A program made the position numbers and the translations under genes. The notes beneath the pieces are model-generated. The model was not told where the DNA came from. It searched no databases and worked only from the letters and a program-made list of their open reading frames with translations. Source: Auanema rhodensis (taxonomy: Eukaryota > Animalia > Nematoda). From it: a stretch of DNA of 64,000 nucleotides. Location of the stretch: assembly GCA_964057225.1 (NCBI GenBank), contig OZ059894.1, positions 19,716,001-19,780,000 of the forward strand. The letters run 5' to 3'. Below are positions 24,001 through 38,602 of the stretch, one piece after another. The stretch's first letter is position 1. Every line of letters starts with the position of its first letter.

Positions 24001-27000
24001 CGTTTGAAAAATGATGCATTAGTGTATGTTGAGTTTCCATGTACACTCAACATTGCTTCCAAAAACATTTTGACAAAAATTTTTTCGAAAAATTTCGAAA
24101 TAATTTAGCAAAAAGTAGATGTTTTTAGATTCCATTTTTTAAGGCAAAGACGATGGACAATGTTATTCAACGAAAAAATTAATTCTTCAGGGTGAAAATC
24201 GAGGATATAAGTGTGAACTTATATCAGTTGATATCTCGGTGCATTTTTAAGCTAGCGCAAATCTGATAACACAGAACGACGCAGCTTAAAAATCCGCATC
24301 GAATGCACTATACTACATTGAGAAACGCTTAATACAAAAATTAGTTATGATCGTTTGAAAAATGATGCATTAGTGTATGTTGAGTTTCCATGTACACTCA
24401 ACATTGCTTCCAAAAACATTTTGACAAAAATTTTTTCGAAAAATTTCAGAATAATTTAGCAAAAAGTAGATGTTTTTAGATTCCATTTTTCAAGGCAAAG
24501 ACGATGGACAATGTTATTCAACGAAAAAATTAATTCTTCAGGGTGAAAATCGAGGATATAAGTGTGAACTTATATCAGTTGAGATCTCGGTGCATTTTTA
24601 AGCTAGCGCAAATCTGATAACACAGAACGACGCAGCTTAAAAATTCGCATCGAATGCACTATACTACATTGAGAAACGCTTAATACAAAAATTAGTTATG
24701 ATCGTTTGAAAAATGATGCATTAGTGTATGTTGAGTTTCCATGTACACTCAACATTGCTTCCAAAAACATTTTGACAAATTTTTTCGAAAAATTTCAAAA
24801 TAATTTAGCAAAAAGTAGATGTTTTTAGATTCCTTTTTTCAAGGCAAAGACGATGGACAATGTTATTCAACGAAAAATATAATTCTTCAGGGTGAAAATC
24901 GAGGATATAAGTGTGAACTTATATCAGTTGATATCTCGGTGCATTTTTAAGCTAGCGCAAATCTGATAACACAGAACGACGCAGCTTAAAAATTCGCATC
25001 GAATGCACTATACTACATTGAAAAACGCTTAATACAAAAATTAGTTATGATCGTTTGAAAAATGATGCATTAGTGTATGTTGAGTTTCCATGTACACTCA
25101 ACATTGCTTCCAAAAACATTTTGACAAAAATTTTTTCGAAAAATTTCAGAATAATTTAGCAAAAAGTAGATGTTTTTAGATTCCATTTTTCAAGGCAAAG
25201 ACGATGGACAATGTTATTCAACGAAAAAATTAATTCTTCAGGGTGAAAATCGAGGATATAAGTGTGAACTTATATCAGTTGATATCTCGGTGCATTTTTA
25301 AGCTAGCGCAAATCTGATAACACAGATCGACGCAGCTTAAAAATCCGCATCGAATGCACACTACTACATTGAGAAACGCTTAATACAAAAATTAGTTATG
25401 ATCGTTTGAAAAATGATGCGTTAGTGTATGTTGAGTTTCCATGTACACTCAACATTGCTTCCAAAAACATTTTGACAAAAATTTTTTCGAAAAATTTCAA
25501 AATAATTTAGCAAAAAGTAGATGTTTTTAGATTCCATTTTTTAAGGCAAAGACGATGGACAATGTTATTCAACGAAAAAATTAATTCTTCAGGGTGAAAA
25601 TCGAGGATATAAGTGTGAACTTATATCAGTTGATATCTCGGTGCATTTTTAAGCTAGCGCAAATCTGATAACACAGAACGACGCAGCTTAAAAATCCGCA
25701 TTGAATGCACTATACTACATTGAGAAACGCTTAATACAAAAATTAGTTATGATCGTTTGAAAAATGATGCATTAGTGTATGTTGAGTTTCCATGTACACT
25801 CAACATTGCTTCCAAAAACATTTTGACAAAAATTTTTTCGAAAAATTTCAAAATAATTTAGCAAAAAGTAGATGTTTTTAGATTCCTTTTTTCAAGGCAA
25901 AGACGATGGACAATGTTATTCAACGAAAAAATTAATTCTTCAGGGTGAAAATCGAGGATATAAGTGTGAACTTATATCAGTTGATATCTCGGTGCATTTT
26001 TAAGCTAGCGCAAATCTGATAACACAGAACGACGCAGCTTAAAAATTCGCATCGAATGCACTATACTACATTGAAAAACGCTTAATACAAAAATTAGTTA
26101 TGATCGTTTGAAAAATGATGCATTAGTGTATGTTGAGTTTCCATGTACACTCAACATTGCTTCCAAAAACATTTTGACAAAAATTTTTTCGAAAAATTTC
26201 GAAATAATTTAGCAAAGAGTAGATGTTTTTAGATTCCATTTTTCGAGCCAAAGACGATGGACAATGTTATTCAACAAAGAAATTAATTCTTCAGGGTGAA
26301 AATCGAGGATATAAGTGTGAACTTATATCAGTTGATATCTCGGTGCATTTTTAAGCTAGCGCAAATCTGATAACACAGATCGACGCAGCTTAAAAATCCG
26401 CATCGAATGCACTATACTACATTGAGAAACGCTTAATACAAAAATTAGTTATGATCGTTTGAAAAATGATGCATTAGTGTATGTTGAGTTTCCATGTACA
26501 CTCAACATTGCTTCCAAAAACATTTTGACAAAAATTTTTTCGAAAAATTTCAGAATAATTTAGCAAAAAGTAGATGTTTTTAGATTCCATTTTTCAAGGC
26601 AAAGACGATGGACAATGTTATTCAACGAAAAAATTAATTCTTCAGGGTGAAAATCGAGGATATAAGTGTGAACTTATATCAGTTGATATCTCGGTGCATT
26701 TTTAAGCTAGCGCAAATCTGATAACACAGATCGACGCAGCTTAAAAATCCGCATCGAATGCACTATACTACATTGAGAAACGCTTAATACAAAAATTAGT
26801 TATGATCGTTTGAAAAATGATGCGTTAGTGTATGTTGAGTTTCCATGTACACTCAACATTGCTTCCAAAAACATTTTGACAAAACTTTTTTCGAAAAATT
26901 TCAAAATAATTTAGCAAAAAGTAGATGTTTTTAGATTCCATTTTTTAAGGCAAAGACGATGGACAATGTTATTCAACGAAAAAATTAATTCTTCAGGGTG

Positions 27001-30000
27001 AAAATCGAGGATATAAGTGTGAACTTATATCAGTTGATATCTCGGTGCATTTTTAAGCTAGCGCAAATCTGATAACACAGAACGACGCAGCTTAAAAATC
27101 CGCATCGAATGCACTATACTACATTGAGAAACGCTTAATACAAAAATTAGTTATGATCGTTTGAAAAATGATGCATTAGTGTATGTTGAGTTTCCATGTA
27201 CACTCAACATTGCTTCCAAAAACATTTTGACAAAAATTTTTTCGAAAAATTTCAAAATAATTTAGCAAAAAGTAGATGTTTTTAGATTCCTTTTTTCAAG
27301 GCAAAGACGATGGACAATGTTATTCAACGAAAAAATTAATTCTTCAGGGTGAAAATCGAGGATATAAGTGTGAACTTATATCAGTTGATATCTCGGTGCA
27401 TTTTTAAGCTAGCGCAAATCTGATAACACAGAACGACGCAGCTTAAAAATTCGCATCGAATGCACTATACTACATTGAGAAACGCTTAATACAAAAATTA
27501 GTTATGATCGTTTGAAAAATGATGCATTAGTGTATGTTGAGTTTCCATGTACACTCAACATTGCTTCCAAAAACATTTTGACAAAAATTTTTTCGAAAAA
27601 TTTCAAAATAATTTAGCAAAAAGTAGATGTTTTTAGATTCCTTTTTTCAAGGCAAAGACGATGGACAATGTTATTCAACGAAAAAATTGATTCTTCAGGG
27701 TGAAAATCGAGGATATAAGTGTGAACTTATATCAGTTGATATCTCGGTGCATTTTTAAGCTAGCGCAAATCTGATAACACAGATCGACGCAGCTTAAAAA
27801 TCCGCATCGAATGCACTATACTACATTGAGAAACGCGTAATACAAAAATTAGTTATGATCGTTTGAAAAATGATGCGTTAGTGTATGTTGAGTTTCCATG
27901 TACACTCAACATTGCTTCCAAAAACATTTTGACAAAAATTTTTTCGAAAAATTTCAAAATAATTTAGCAAAAAGTAGATGTTTTTAGATTCCATTTTTTA
28001 AGGCAAAGACGATGGACAATGTTATTCAACGAAAAAATTAATTCTTCAGGGTGAAAATCGAGGATATAAGTGTGAACTTATATCAGTTGATATCTCGGTG
28101 CATTTTTAAGCTAGCGCAAATCTGATAACACAGAACGACGCAGCTTAAAAATCCGCATCGAATGCACTATACTACATTGAGAAACGCTTAATACAAAAAT
28201 TAGTTATGATCGTTTGAAAAATGATGCATTAGTGTATGTTGAGTTTCCATGTACACTCAACATTGCTTCCAAAAACATTTTGACAAAAATTTTTTCGAAA
28301 AATTTCAAAATAATTTAGCAAAAAGTAGATGTTTTTAGATTCCTTTTTTCAAGGCAAAGACGATGGACAATGTTATTCAACGAAAAAATTAATTCTTCAG
28401 GGTGAAAATCGAGGATATAAGTGTGAACTTATATCAGTTGATATCTCGGTGCATTTTTAAGCTAGCGCAAATCTGATAACACAGAACGACGCAGCTTAAA
28501 AATTCGCATCGAATGCACTATACTACATTGAAAAACGCTTAATACAAAAATTAGTTATGATCGTTTGAAAAATGATGCATTAGTGTATGTTGAGTTTCCA
28601 TGTACACTCAACATTGCTTCCAAAAACATTTTGACAAAAATTTTTTCGAAAAATTTCGAAATAATTTAGCAAAGAGTAGATGTTTTTAGATTCCATTTTT
28701 CGAGCCAAAGACGATGGACAATGTTATTCAACGAAGAAATTAATTCTTCAGGGTGAAAATCGAGGATATAAGTGTGAACTTATATCAGTTGATATCTCGG
28801 TGCATTTTTAAGCTAGCGCAAATCTGATAACACAGATCGACGCAGCTTAAAAATCCGCATCGAATGCACTATACTACATTGAGAAACGCTTAATACAAAA
28901 ATTAGTTATGATCGTTTGAAAAATGATGCATTAGTGTATGTTGAGTTTCCATGTATACTCAACATTGCTTCCAAAAACATTTTGACAAAAATTTTTTCGA
29001 AAAATTTCAGAATAATTTAGCAAAAAGTAGATGTTTTTAGATTCCATTTTTCAAGGCAAAGACGATGGACAATGTTATTCAACGAAAAAATTAATTCTTC
29101 AGGGTGAAAATCGAGGATATAAGTGTGAACTTATATCAGTTGATATCTCGGTGCATTTTTAAGCTAGCGCAAATCTGATAACACAGATCGACGCAGCTTA
29201 AAAATCCGCATCGAATGCACTATACTACATTGAGAAACGCTTAATACAAAAATTAGTTATGATCGTTTGAAAAATGATGCGTTAGTGTATGTTGAGTTTC
29301 CATGTACACTCAACATTGCTTCCAAAAACATTTTGACAAAACTTTTTTCGAAAAATTTCAAAATAATTTAGCAAAAAGTAGATGTTTTTAGATTCCATTT
29401 TTTAAGGCAAAGACGATGGACAATGTTATTCAACGAAAAAATTAATTCTTCAGGGTGAAAATCGAGGATATAAGTGTGAACTTATATCAGTTGATATCTC
29501 GGTGCATTTTTAAGCTAGCACAAATCTGATAACACAGAACGACGCAGCTTAAAAATCCGCATCGAATGCACTATACTACATTGAGAAACGCTTAATACAA
29601 AAATTAGTTATGATCGTTTGAAAAATGATGCATTAGTGTATGTTGAGTTTCCATGTACACTCAACATTGCTTCCAAAAACATTTTGACAAAAATTTTTTC
29701 GAAAAATTTCAAAATAATTTAGCAAAAAGTAGATGTTTTTAGATTCCTTTTTTCAAGGCAAAGACGATGGACAATGTTATTCAACGAAAAAATTAATTCT
29801 TCAGGGTGAAAATCGAGGATATAAGTGTGAACTTATATCAGTTGATATCTCGGTGCATTTTTAAGCTAGCGCAAATCTGATAACACAGATCGACGCAGCT
29901 TAAAAATTCGCATCGAATGCACTATACTACATTGAGAAACGCTTAATACAAAAATTAGTTATGATCGTTTGAAAAATGATGCATTAGTGTATGTTGAGTT

Positions 30001-32165
30001 TCCATGTATACTCAACATTGCTTCCAAAAACATTTTGACAAAAATTTTTTCGAAAAATTTCGAAATAATTTAGCAAAAAGTAGATGTTTTTAGATTCCAT
30101 TTTTTAAGGCAAAGACGATGGACAATGTTATTCAACGAAAAAATTAATTCTTCAGGGTGAAAATCGAGGATATAAGTGTGAACTTATATCAGTTGATATC
30201 TCGGTGCATTTTTAAGCTAGCGCAAATCTGATAACACAGAACGACGCAGCTTAAAAATCCGCATCGAATGCACTATACTACATTGAGAAACGCTTAATAC
30301 AAAAATTAGTTATGATCGTTTGAAAAATGATGCATTAGTGTATGTTGAGTTTCCATGTACACTCAACATTGCTTCCAAAAACATTTTGACAAAAATTTTT
30401 TCGAAAAATTTCAGAATAATTTAGCAAAAAGTAGATGTTTTTAGATTCCATTTTTCAAGGCAAAGACGATGGACAATGTTATTCAACGAAAAAATTAATT
30501 CTTCAGGGTGAAAATCGAGGATATAAGTGTGAACTTATATCAGTTGAGATCTCGGTGCATTTTTAAGCTAGCGCAAATCTGATAACACAGAACGACGCAG
30601 CTTAAAAATTCGCATCGAATGCACTATACTACATTGAGAAACGCTTAATACAAAAATTAGTTATGATCGTTTGAAAAATGATGCATTAGTGTATGTTGAG
30701 TTTCCATGTACACTCAACATTGCTTCCAAAAACATTTTGACAAAAATTTTTTCGAAAAATTTCAAAATAATTTAGCAAAAAGTAGATGTTTTTAGATTCC
30801 TTTTTTCAAGGCAAAGACGATGGACAATGTTATTCAACGAAAAAATTAATTCTTCAGGGTGAAAATCGAGGATATAAGTGTGAACTTATATCAGTTGATA
30901 TCTCGGTGCATTTTTAAGCTAGCGCAAATCTGATAACACAGAACGACGCAGCTTAAAAATTCGCATCGAATGCACTATACTACATTGAAAAACGCTTAAT
31001 ACAAAAATTAGTTATGATCGTTTGAAAAATGATGCATTAGTGTATGTTGAGTTTCCATGTACACTCAACATTGCTTCCAAAAACATTTTGACAAAAATTT
31101 TTTCGAAAAATTTCGAAATAATTTAGCAAAAAGTAGATGTTTTTAGATTCCATTTTTTAAGGCAAAGACGATGGACAATGTTATTCAACGAAAAAATTAA
31201 TTCTTCAGGGTGAAAATCGAGGATATAAGTGTGAACTTATATCAGTTGATATCTCGGTGCATTTTTAAGCTAGCGCAAATCTGATAACACAGAACGACGC
31301 AGCTTAAAAATCCGCATCGAATGCACTATACTACATTGAGAAACGCTTAATACAAAAATTAGTTATGATCGTTTGAAAAATGATGCATTAGTGTATGTTG
31401 AGTTTCCATGTACACTCAACATTGCTTCCAAAAACATTTTGACAAAAATTTTTTCGAAAAATTTCAGAATAATTTAGCAAAAAGTAGATGTTTTTAGATT
31501 CCATTTTTCAAGGCAAAGACGATGGACAATGTTATTCAACGAAAAAATTAATTCTTCAGGGTGAAAATCGAGGATATAAGTGTGAACTTATATCAGTTGA
31601 GATCTCGGTGCATTTTTAAGCTAGCGCAAATCTGATAACACAGAACGACGCAGCTTAAAAATTCGCATCGAATGCACTATACTACATTGAGAAACGCTTA
31701 ATACAAAAATTAGTTATGATCGTTTGAAAAATGATGCATTAGTGTATGTTGAGTTTCCATGTACACTCAACATTGCTTCCAAAAACATTTTGACAAATTT
31801 TTTCGAAAAATTTCAAAATAATTTAGCAAAAAGTAGATGTTTTTAGATTCCTTTTTTCAAGGCAAAGACGATGGACAATGTTATTCAACGAAAAATATAA
31901 TTCTTCAGGGTGAAAATCGAGGATATAAGTGTGAACTTATATCAGTTGATATCTCGGTGCATTTTTAAGCTAGCGCAAATCTGATAACACAGAACGACGC
32001 AGCTTAAAAATTCGCATCGAATGCACTATACTACATTGAAAAACGCTTAATACAAAAATTAGTTATGATCGTTTGAAAAATGATGCATTAGTGTATGTTG
32101 AGTTTCCATGTACACTCAACATTGCTTCCAAAAACATTTTGACAAAAATTTTTTCGAAAAATTTC
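18005..32165. repeat. Tandem duplication of a 20-monomer block (7018-bp higher-order repeat, 2 copies)
   Basis: Rare variants pair at +7018: 18342/25360, 18684/25702, 19258/26276, 20671/27689, 20819/27837, 22502/29520, 24878/31896, and the 2-bp deletion in monomers 24567/31585. Confidence 0.95.
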
Positions 32166-32284
32166 GAAATAATTTAGCAAAAAGTAGATGTTTTTAGATT
32201 CCATTTTTTAAGGCAAAGACGATGGACAATGTTATTCAACGAAAAAATTAATTCTTCAGGGTGAAAATCGAGGATATAAGTGTG

Positions 32285-35200
32285 AACTTATATCAGTTGA
32301 TATCTCGGTGCATTTTTAAGCTAGCGCAAATCTGATAACACAGAACGACGCAGCTTAAAAATCCGCATCGAATGCACTATACTACATTGAGAAACGCTTA
32401 ATACAAAAATTAGTTATGATCGTTTGAAAAATGATGCATTAGTGTATGTTGAGTTTCCATGTACACTCAACATTGCTTCCAAAAACATTTTGACAAAAAT
32501 TTTTTCGAAAAATTTCAAGATAATTTAGCAAAAAGTAGATGTTTTTAGATTCCTTTTTTCAAGGCAAAGACGATGGACAATGTTATTCAACGAAAAAATT
32601 AATTCTTCAGGGTGAAAATCGAGGATATAAGTGTGAACTTATATCAGTTGATATCTCGGTGCATTTTTAAGCTAGCGCAAATCTGATAACACAGAACGAC
32701 GCAGCTTAAAAATTCGCATCGAATGCACTATACTACATTGAAAAACGCTTAATACAAAAATTAGTTATGATCGTTTGAAAAATGATGCATTAGTGTATGT
32801 TGAGTTTCCATGTACACTCAACATTGCTTCCAAAAACATTTTGACAAAAATTTTTTCGAAAAATTTCGAAATAATTTAGCAAAAAGTAGATGTTTTTAGA
32901 TTCCATTTTTCAAGGCAAAGACGATGGACAATGTTATTCAACAAAAAAATTAATTCTTCAGGGTGAAAATCGAGGATATAAGTGTGAACTTATATCAGTT
33001 GATATCTCGGTGCATTTTTAAGCTAGCGCAAATCTGATAACACAGATCGACGCAGCTTAAAAATCCGCATCGAATGCACTATACTACATTGAAAAACGCT
33101 TAATACAAAAATTAGTTATGATCGTTCGAAAAATGATGCATTAGTGTATGTTGAGTTTCCATGTACACTCAACATTGCTTCCAAAAACATTTTGACAAAA
33201 ATTTTTTCGAAAAATTTCGAAATAATTTAGCAAAAAGTAGATGTTTTTAGATTCCATTTTTCAAGGCAAAGACGATGGACAATGTTATTCAACAAAAAAA
33301 TTAATTCTTCAGGGTGAAAATCGAGGATATAAGTGTGAACTTATATCAGTTGATATCTCGGTGCATTTTTAAGCTAGCGCAAATCTGATAACACAGAACG
33401 ACGCAGCTTAAAAATCCGCATCGAATGCACTATACTACATTGAGAAACGCTTAATACAAAAATTAGTTATGATCGTTTGAAAAATGATGCATTAGTGTAT
33501 GTTGAGTTTCCATGTACACTCAACATTGCTTCCAAAAACATTTTGACAAAAATTTTTTCGAAAAATTTCAAGATAATTTAGCAAAAAGTAGATGTTTTTA
33601 GATTCCTTTTTTCAAGGCAAAGACGATGGACAATGTTATTCAACGAAAAAATTAATTCTTCAGGGTGAAAATCGAGGATATAAGTGTGAACTTATATCAG
33701 TTGATATCTCGGTGCATTTTTAAGCTAGCGCAAATCTGATAACACAGAACGACGCAGCTTAAAAATTCGCATCGAATGCACTATACTACATTGAAAAACG
33801 CTTAATACAAAAATTAGTTATGATCGTTTGAAAAATGATGCATTAGTGTATGTTGAGTTTCCATGTACACTCAACATTGCTTCCAAAAACATTTTGACAA
33901 AAATTTTTTCGAAAAATTTCGAAATAATTTAGCAAAGAGTAGATGTTTTTAGATTCCATTCTTCAAGGCAAAGACGATGGACAATGTTATTCAACGAAAA
34001 AATTAATTCTTCAGGGTGAAAATCGAGGATATAAGTGTGAACTTATATCAGTTGATATCTCGGTGCATTTTCAAGCTAGCGCAAATCTGATAACACAGAT
34101 CGACGCAGCTTAAAAATCCGCATCGAATGCACTATACTACATTGAAAAACGATTAATACAAAAATTAGTTATGATCGTTCGAAAAATGATGCATTAGTGT
34201 ATGTTGAGTTTCCATGTACACTCAACATTGCTTCCAAAAACATTTTGACAAAAATTTTTTCGAAAAATTTCGAAATAATTTAGCAAAAAGTAGATGTTTT
34301 TAGATTCCATTTTTCAAGGCAAAGACGATGGACAATGTTATTCAACAAAAAAATTAATTCTTCAGGGTGAAAATCGAGGATATAAGTGTGAACTTATATC
34401 AGTTGATATCTCGGTGCATTTTTAAGCTAGCGCAAATCTGATAACACAGAACGACGCAGCTTAAAAATCCGCATCGAATGCACTATACTACATTGAGAAA
34501 CGCTTAATACAAAAATTAGTTATGATTGTTTGAAAAATGATGCATTAGTGTATGTTGAGTTTCCATGTACACTCAACATTGCTTCCAAAAACATTTTGAC
34601 AAAAATTTTTTCGAAAAATTTCAGAATAATTTAGCAAAAAGTAGATGTTTTTAGATTCCATTTTTCAAGGCTAAGACGATGGACAATGTTATTCAACGAA
34701 AAAATTAATTCTTCAGGGTGAAAATCGAGGATATAAGTGTGAACTTATATCAGTTGATATCTCGGTGCATTTTCAAGCTAGCGCAAATCTGATAACACAG
34801 ATCGACGCAGCTTAAAAATCCGCATCGAATGCACTATACTACATTGAGAAACGCTTAATACAAAAATTAGTTATGATCGTTTGAAAAATGATGCGTTAGT
34901 GTATGTTGAGTTTCCATGTACACTCAACATTGCTTCCAAAAACCTTTTGACAAAAATTTTTTCGAAAAATTTCGAAATAATTTAGCAAAAAGTAGATGTT
35001 TTTAGATTCCATTTTTCATGGCAAAGACGATGGACAATGTTATTCAACGAAAAAATTAATTCTTCAGGGTGAAAATCGAGGATATAAGTGTGAACTTATA
35101 TCAGTTGATATCTCGGTGCATTTTTAAGCTAGCGCAAATCTGATAACACAGAACGACGCAGCTTAAAAATCCGCATCGAATGCACTATACTACATTGAGA

Positions 35201-38200
35201 AACGCTTAATACAAAAATTAGTTATGATCGTTTGAAAAATGATGCATTAGTGTATGTTGAGTTTCCATGTACACTCAACATTGCTTCCAAAAACATTTTG
35301 ACAAAAATTTTTTCGAAAAATTTCAAGATAATTTAGCAAAAAGTAGATGTTTTTAGATTCCTTTTTTCAAGGCAAAGACGATGGACAATGTTATTCAACG
35401 AAAAAATTAATTCTTCAGGGTGAAAATCGAGGATATAAGTGTGAACTTATATCAGTTGATATCTCGGTGCATTTTTAAGCTAGCGCAAATCTGATAACAC
35501 AGAACGACGCAGCTTAAAAATTCGCATCGAATGCACTATACTACATTGAAAAACGCTTAATACAAGAATTAGTTATGATCGTTTGAAAAATGATGCATTA
35601 GTGTATGTTGAGTTTCCATGTACACTCAACATTGCTTCCAAAAACATTTTGACAAAAATTTTTTCGAAAAATTTCGAAATAATTTAGCAAAAAGTAGATG
35701 TTTTTAGATTCCATTTTTCAAGGCAAAGACGATGGACAATGTTATTCAACAAAAAAATTAATTCTTCAGGGTGAAAATCGAGGATATAAGTGTGAACTTA
35801 TATCAGTTGATATCTCGGTGCATTTTTAAGCTAGCGCAAATCTGATAACACAGATCGACGCAGCTTAAAAATCCGCATCGAATGCACTATACTACATTGA
35901 AAAACGCTTAATACAAAAATTAGTTATGATCGTTCGAAAAATGATGCATTAGTGTATGTTGAGTTTCCATGTACACTCAACATTGCTTCCAAAAACATTT
36001 TGACAAAAATTTTTTCGAAAAATTTCGAAATAATTTAGCAAAAAGTAGATGTTTTTAGATTCCATTTTTCAAGGCAAAGACGATGGACAATGTTATTCAA
36101 CAAAAAAATTAATTCTTCAGGGTGAAAATCGAGGATATAAGTGTGAACTTATATCAGTTGATATCTCGGTGCATTTTTAAGCTAGCGCAAATCTGATAAC
36201 ACAGAACGACGCAGCTTAAAAATTCGCATCGAATGCACTATACTACATTGAGAAACGCTTAATACAAAAATTAGTTATGATCGTTTGAAAAATGATGCAT
36301 TAGTGTATGTTGAGTTTCCATGTACACTCAACATTGCTTCCAAAAACATTTTGACAAAAATTTTTTCGAAAAATTTCAAAATAATTTAGCAAAAAGTAGA
36401 TGTTTTTAGATTCCTTTTTTCAAGGCAAAGACGATGGACAATGTTATTCAACGAAAAAATTAATTCTTCAGGGTGAAAATCGAGGATATAAGTGTGAACT
36501 TATATCAGTTGATATCTCGGTGCATTTTTAAGCTAGCGCAAATCTGATAACACAGAACGACGCAGCTTAAAAATTCGCATCGAATGCACTATACTACATT
36601 GAAAAACGCTTAATACAAAAATTAGTTATGATCGTTTGAAAAATGATGCATTAGTGTATGTTGAGTTTCCATGTACACTCAACATTGCTTCCAAAAACAT
36701 TTTGACAAAAATTTTTTCGAAAAATTTCGAAATAATTTAGCAAAAAGTAGATGTTTTTAGATTCCATTTTTTAAGGCAAAGACGATGGACAATGTTATTC
36801 AACGAAAAAATTAATTCTTCAGGGTGAAAATCGAGGATATAAGTGTGAACTTATATCAGTTGATATCTCGGTGCATTTTTAAGCTAGCGCAAATCTGATA
36901 ACACAGAACGACGCAGCTTAAAAATCCGCATCGAATGCACTATACTACATTGAGAAACGCTTAATACAAAAATTAGTTATGATCGTTTGAAAAATGATGC
37001 ATTAGTGTATGTTGAGTTTCCATGTACACTCAACATTGCTTCCAAAAACATTTTGACAAAAATTTTTTCGAAAAATTTCAAGATAATTTAGCAAAAAGTA
37101 GATGTTTTTAGATTCCTTTTTTCAAGGCAAAGACGATGGACAATGTTATTCAACGAAAAAATTAATTCTTCAGGGTGAAAATCGAGGATATAAGTGTGAA
37201 CTTATATCAGTTGATATCTCGGTGCATTTTTAAGCTAGCGCAAATCTGATAACACAGAACGACGCAGCTTAAAAATTCGCATCGAATGCACTATACTACA
37301 TTGAAAAACGCTTAATACAAAAATTAGTTATGATCGTTTGAAAAATGATGCATTAGTGTATGTTGAGTTTCCATGTACACTCAACATTGCTTCCAAAAAC
37401 ATTTTGACAAAAATTTTTTCGAAAAATTTCGAAATAATTTAGCAAAAAGTAGATGTTTTTAGATTCCATTTTTCAAGGCAAAGACGATGGACAATGTTAT
37501 TCAACGAAAAAATTAATTCTTCAGGGTGAAAATCGAGGATATAAGTGTGAACTTATATCAGTTGATATCTCGGTGCATTTTTAAGCTAGCGCAAATCTGA
37601 TAACACAGAACGACGCAGCTTAAAAATTCGCATCGAATGCACTATACTACATTGAAAAACGCTTAATACAAAAATTAGTTATGATCGTTTGAAAAATGAT
37701 GCATTAGTGTATGTTGAGTTTCCATGTACACTCAACATTGCTTCCAAAAACATTTTGACAAAAATTTTTTCGAAAAATTTCGAAATAATTTAGCAAAAAG
37801 TAGATGTTTTTAGATTCCATTTTTCAAGGCAAAGACGATGGACAATGTTATTCAACAAAAAAATTAATTCTTCAGGGTGAAAATCGAGGATATAAGTGTG
37901 AACTTATATCAGTTGATATCTCGGTGCATTTTTAAGCTAGCGCAAATCTGATAACACAGATCGACGCAGCTTAAAAATCCGCATCGAATGCACTATACTA
38001 CATTGAAAAACGCTTAATACAAAAATTAGTTATGATCGTTCGAAAAATGATGCATTAGTGTATGTTGAGTTTCCATGTACACTCAACATTGCTTCCAAAA
38101 ACATTTTGACAAAAATTTTTTCGAAAAATTTCGAAATAATTTAGCAAAAAGTAGATGTTTTTAGATTCCATTTTTCAAGGCAAAGACGATGGACAATGTT

Positions 38201-38602
38201 ATTCAACAAAAAAATTAATTCTTCAGGGTGAAAATCGAGGATATAAGTGTGAACTTATATCAGTTGATATCTCGGTGCATTTTTAAGCTAGCGCAAATCT
38301 GATAACACAGAACGACGCAGCTTAAAAATCCGCATCGAATGCACTATACTACATTGAGAAACGCTTAATACAAAAATTAGTTATGATCGTTTGAAAAATG
38401 ATGCATTAGTGTATGTTGAGTTTCCATGTACACTCAACATTGCTTCCAAAAACATTTTGACAAAAATTTTTTCGAAAAATTTCAAGATAATTTAGCAAAA
38501 AGTAGATGTTTTTAGATTCCTTTTTTCAAGGCAAAGACGATGGACAATGTTATTCAACGAAAAAATTAATTCTTCAGGGTGAAAATCGAGGATATAAGTG
38601 TG
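32285..38602. repeat. Domain of irregular trimer-based higher-order repeats
   Basis: TTTCAAGAT monomers start at 32285, 33338, 35093, 36848 and 38252, usually followed by a C79T/G107A monomer and a GTTCGAAAA/CAACAAAA monomer. Confidence 0.8.

Noticed and set aside
33124-33132. Pol III B-box-like GTTCGAA created by T141C; tRNA, 5S or SINE-type tandem genes
   Set aside because: It occurs in only a few monomers and lacks the terminal C of GTTCRANNC. No A-box, cloverleaf or 5S similarity was seen.
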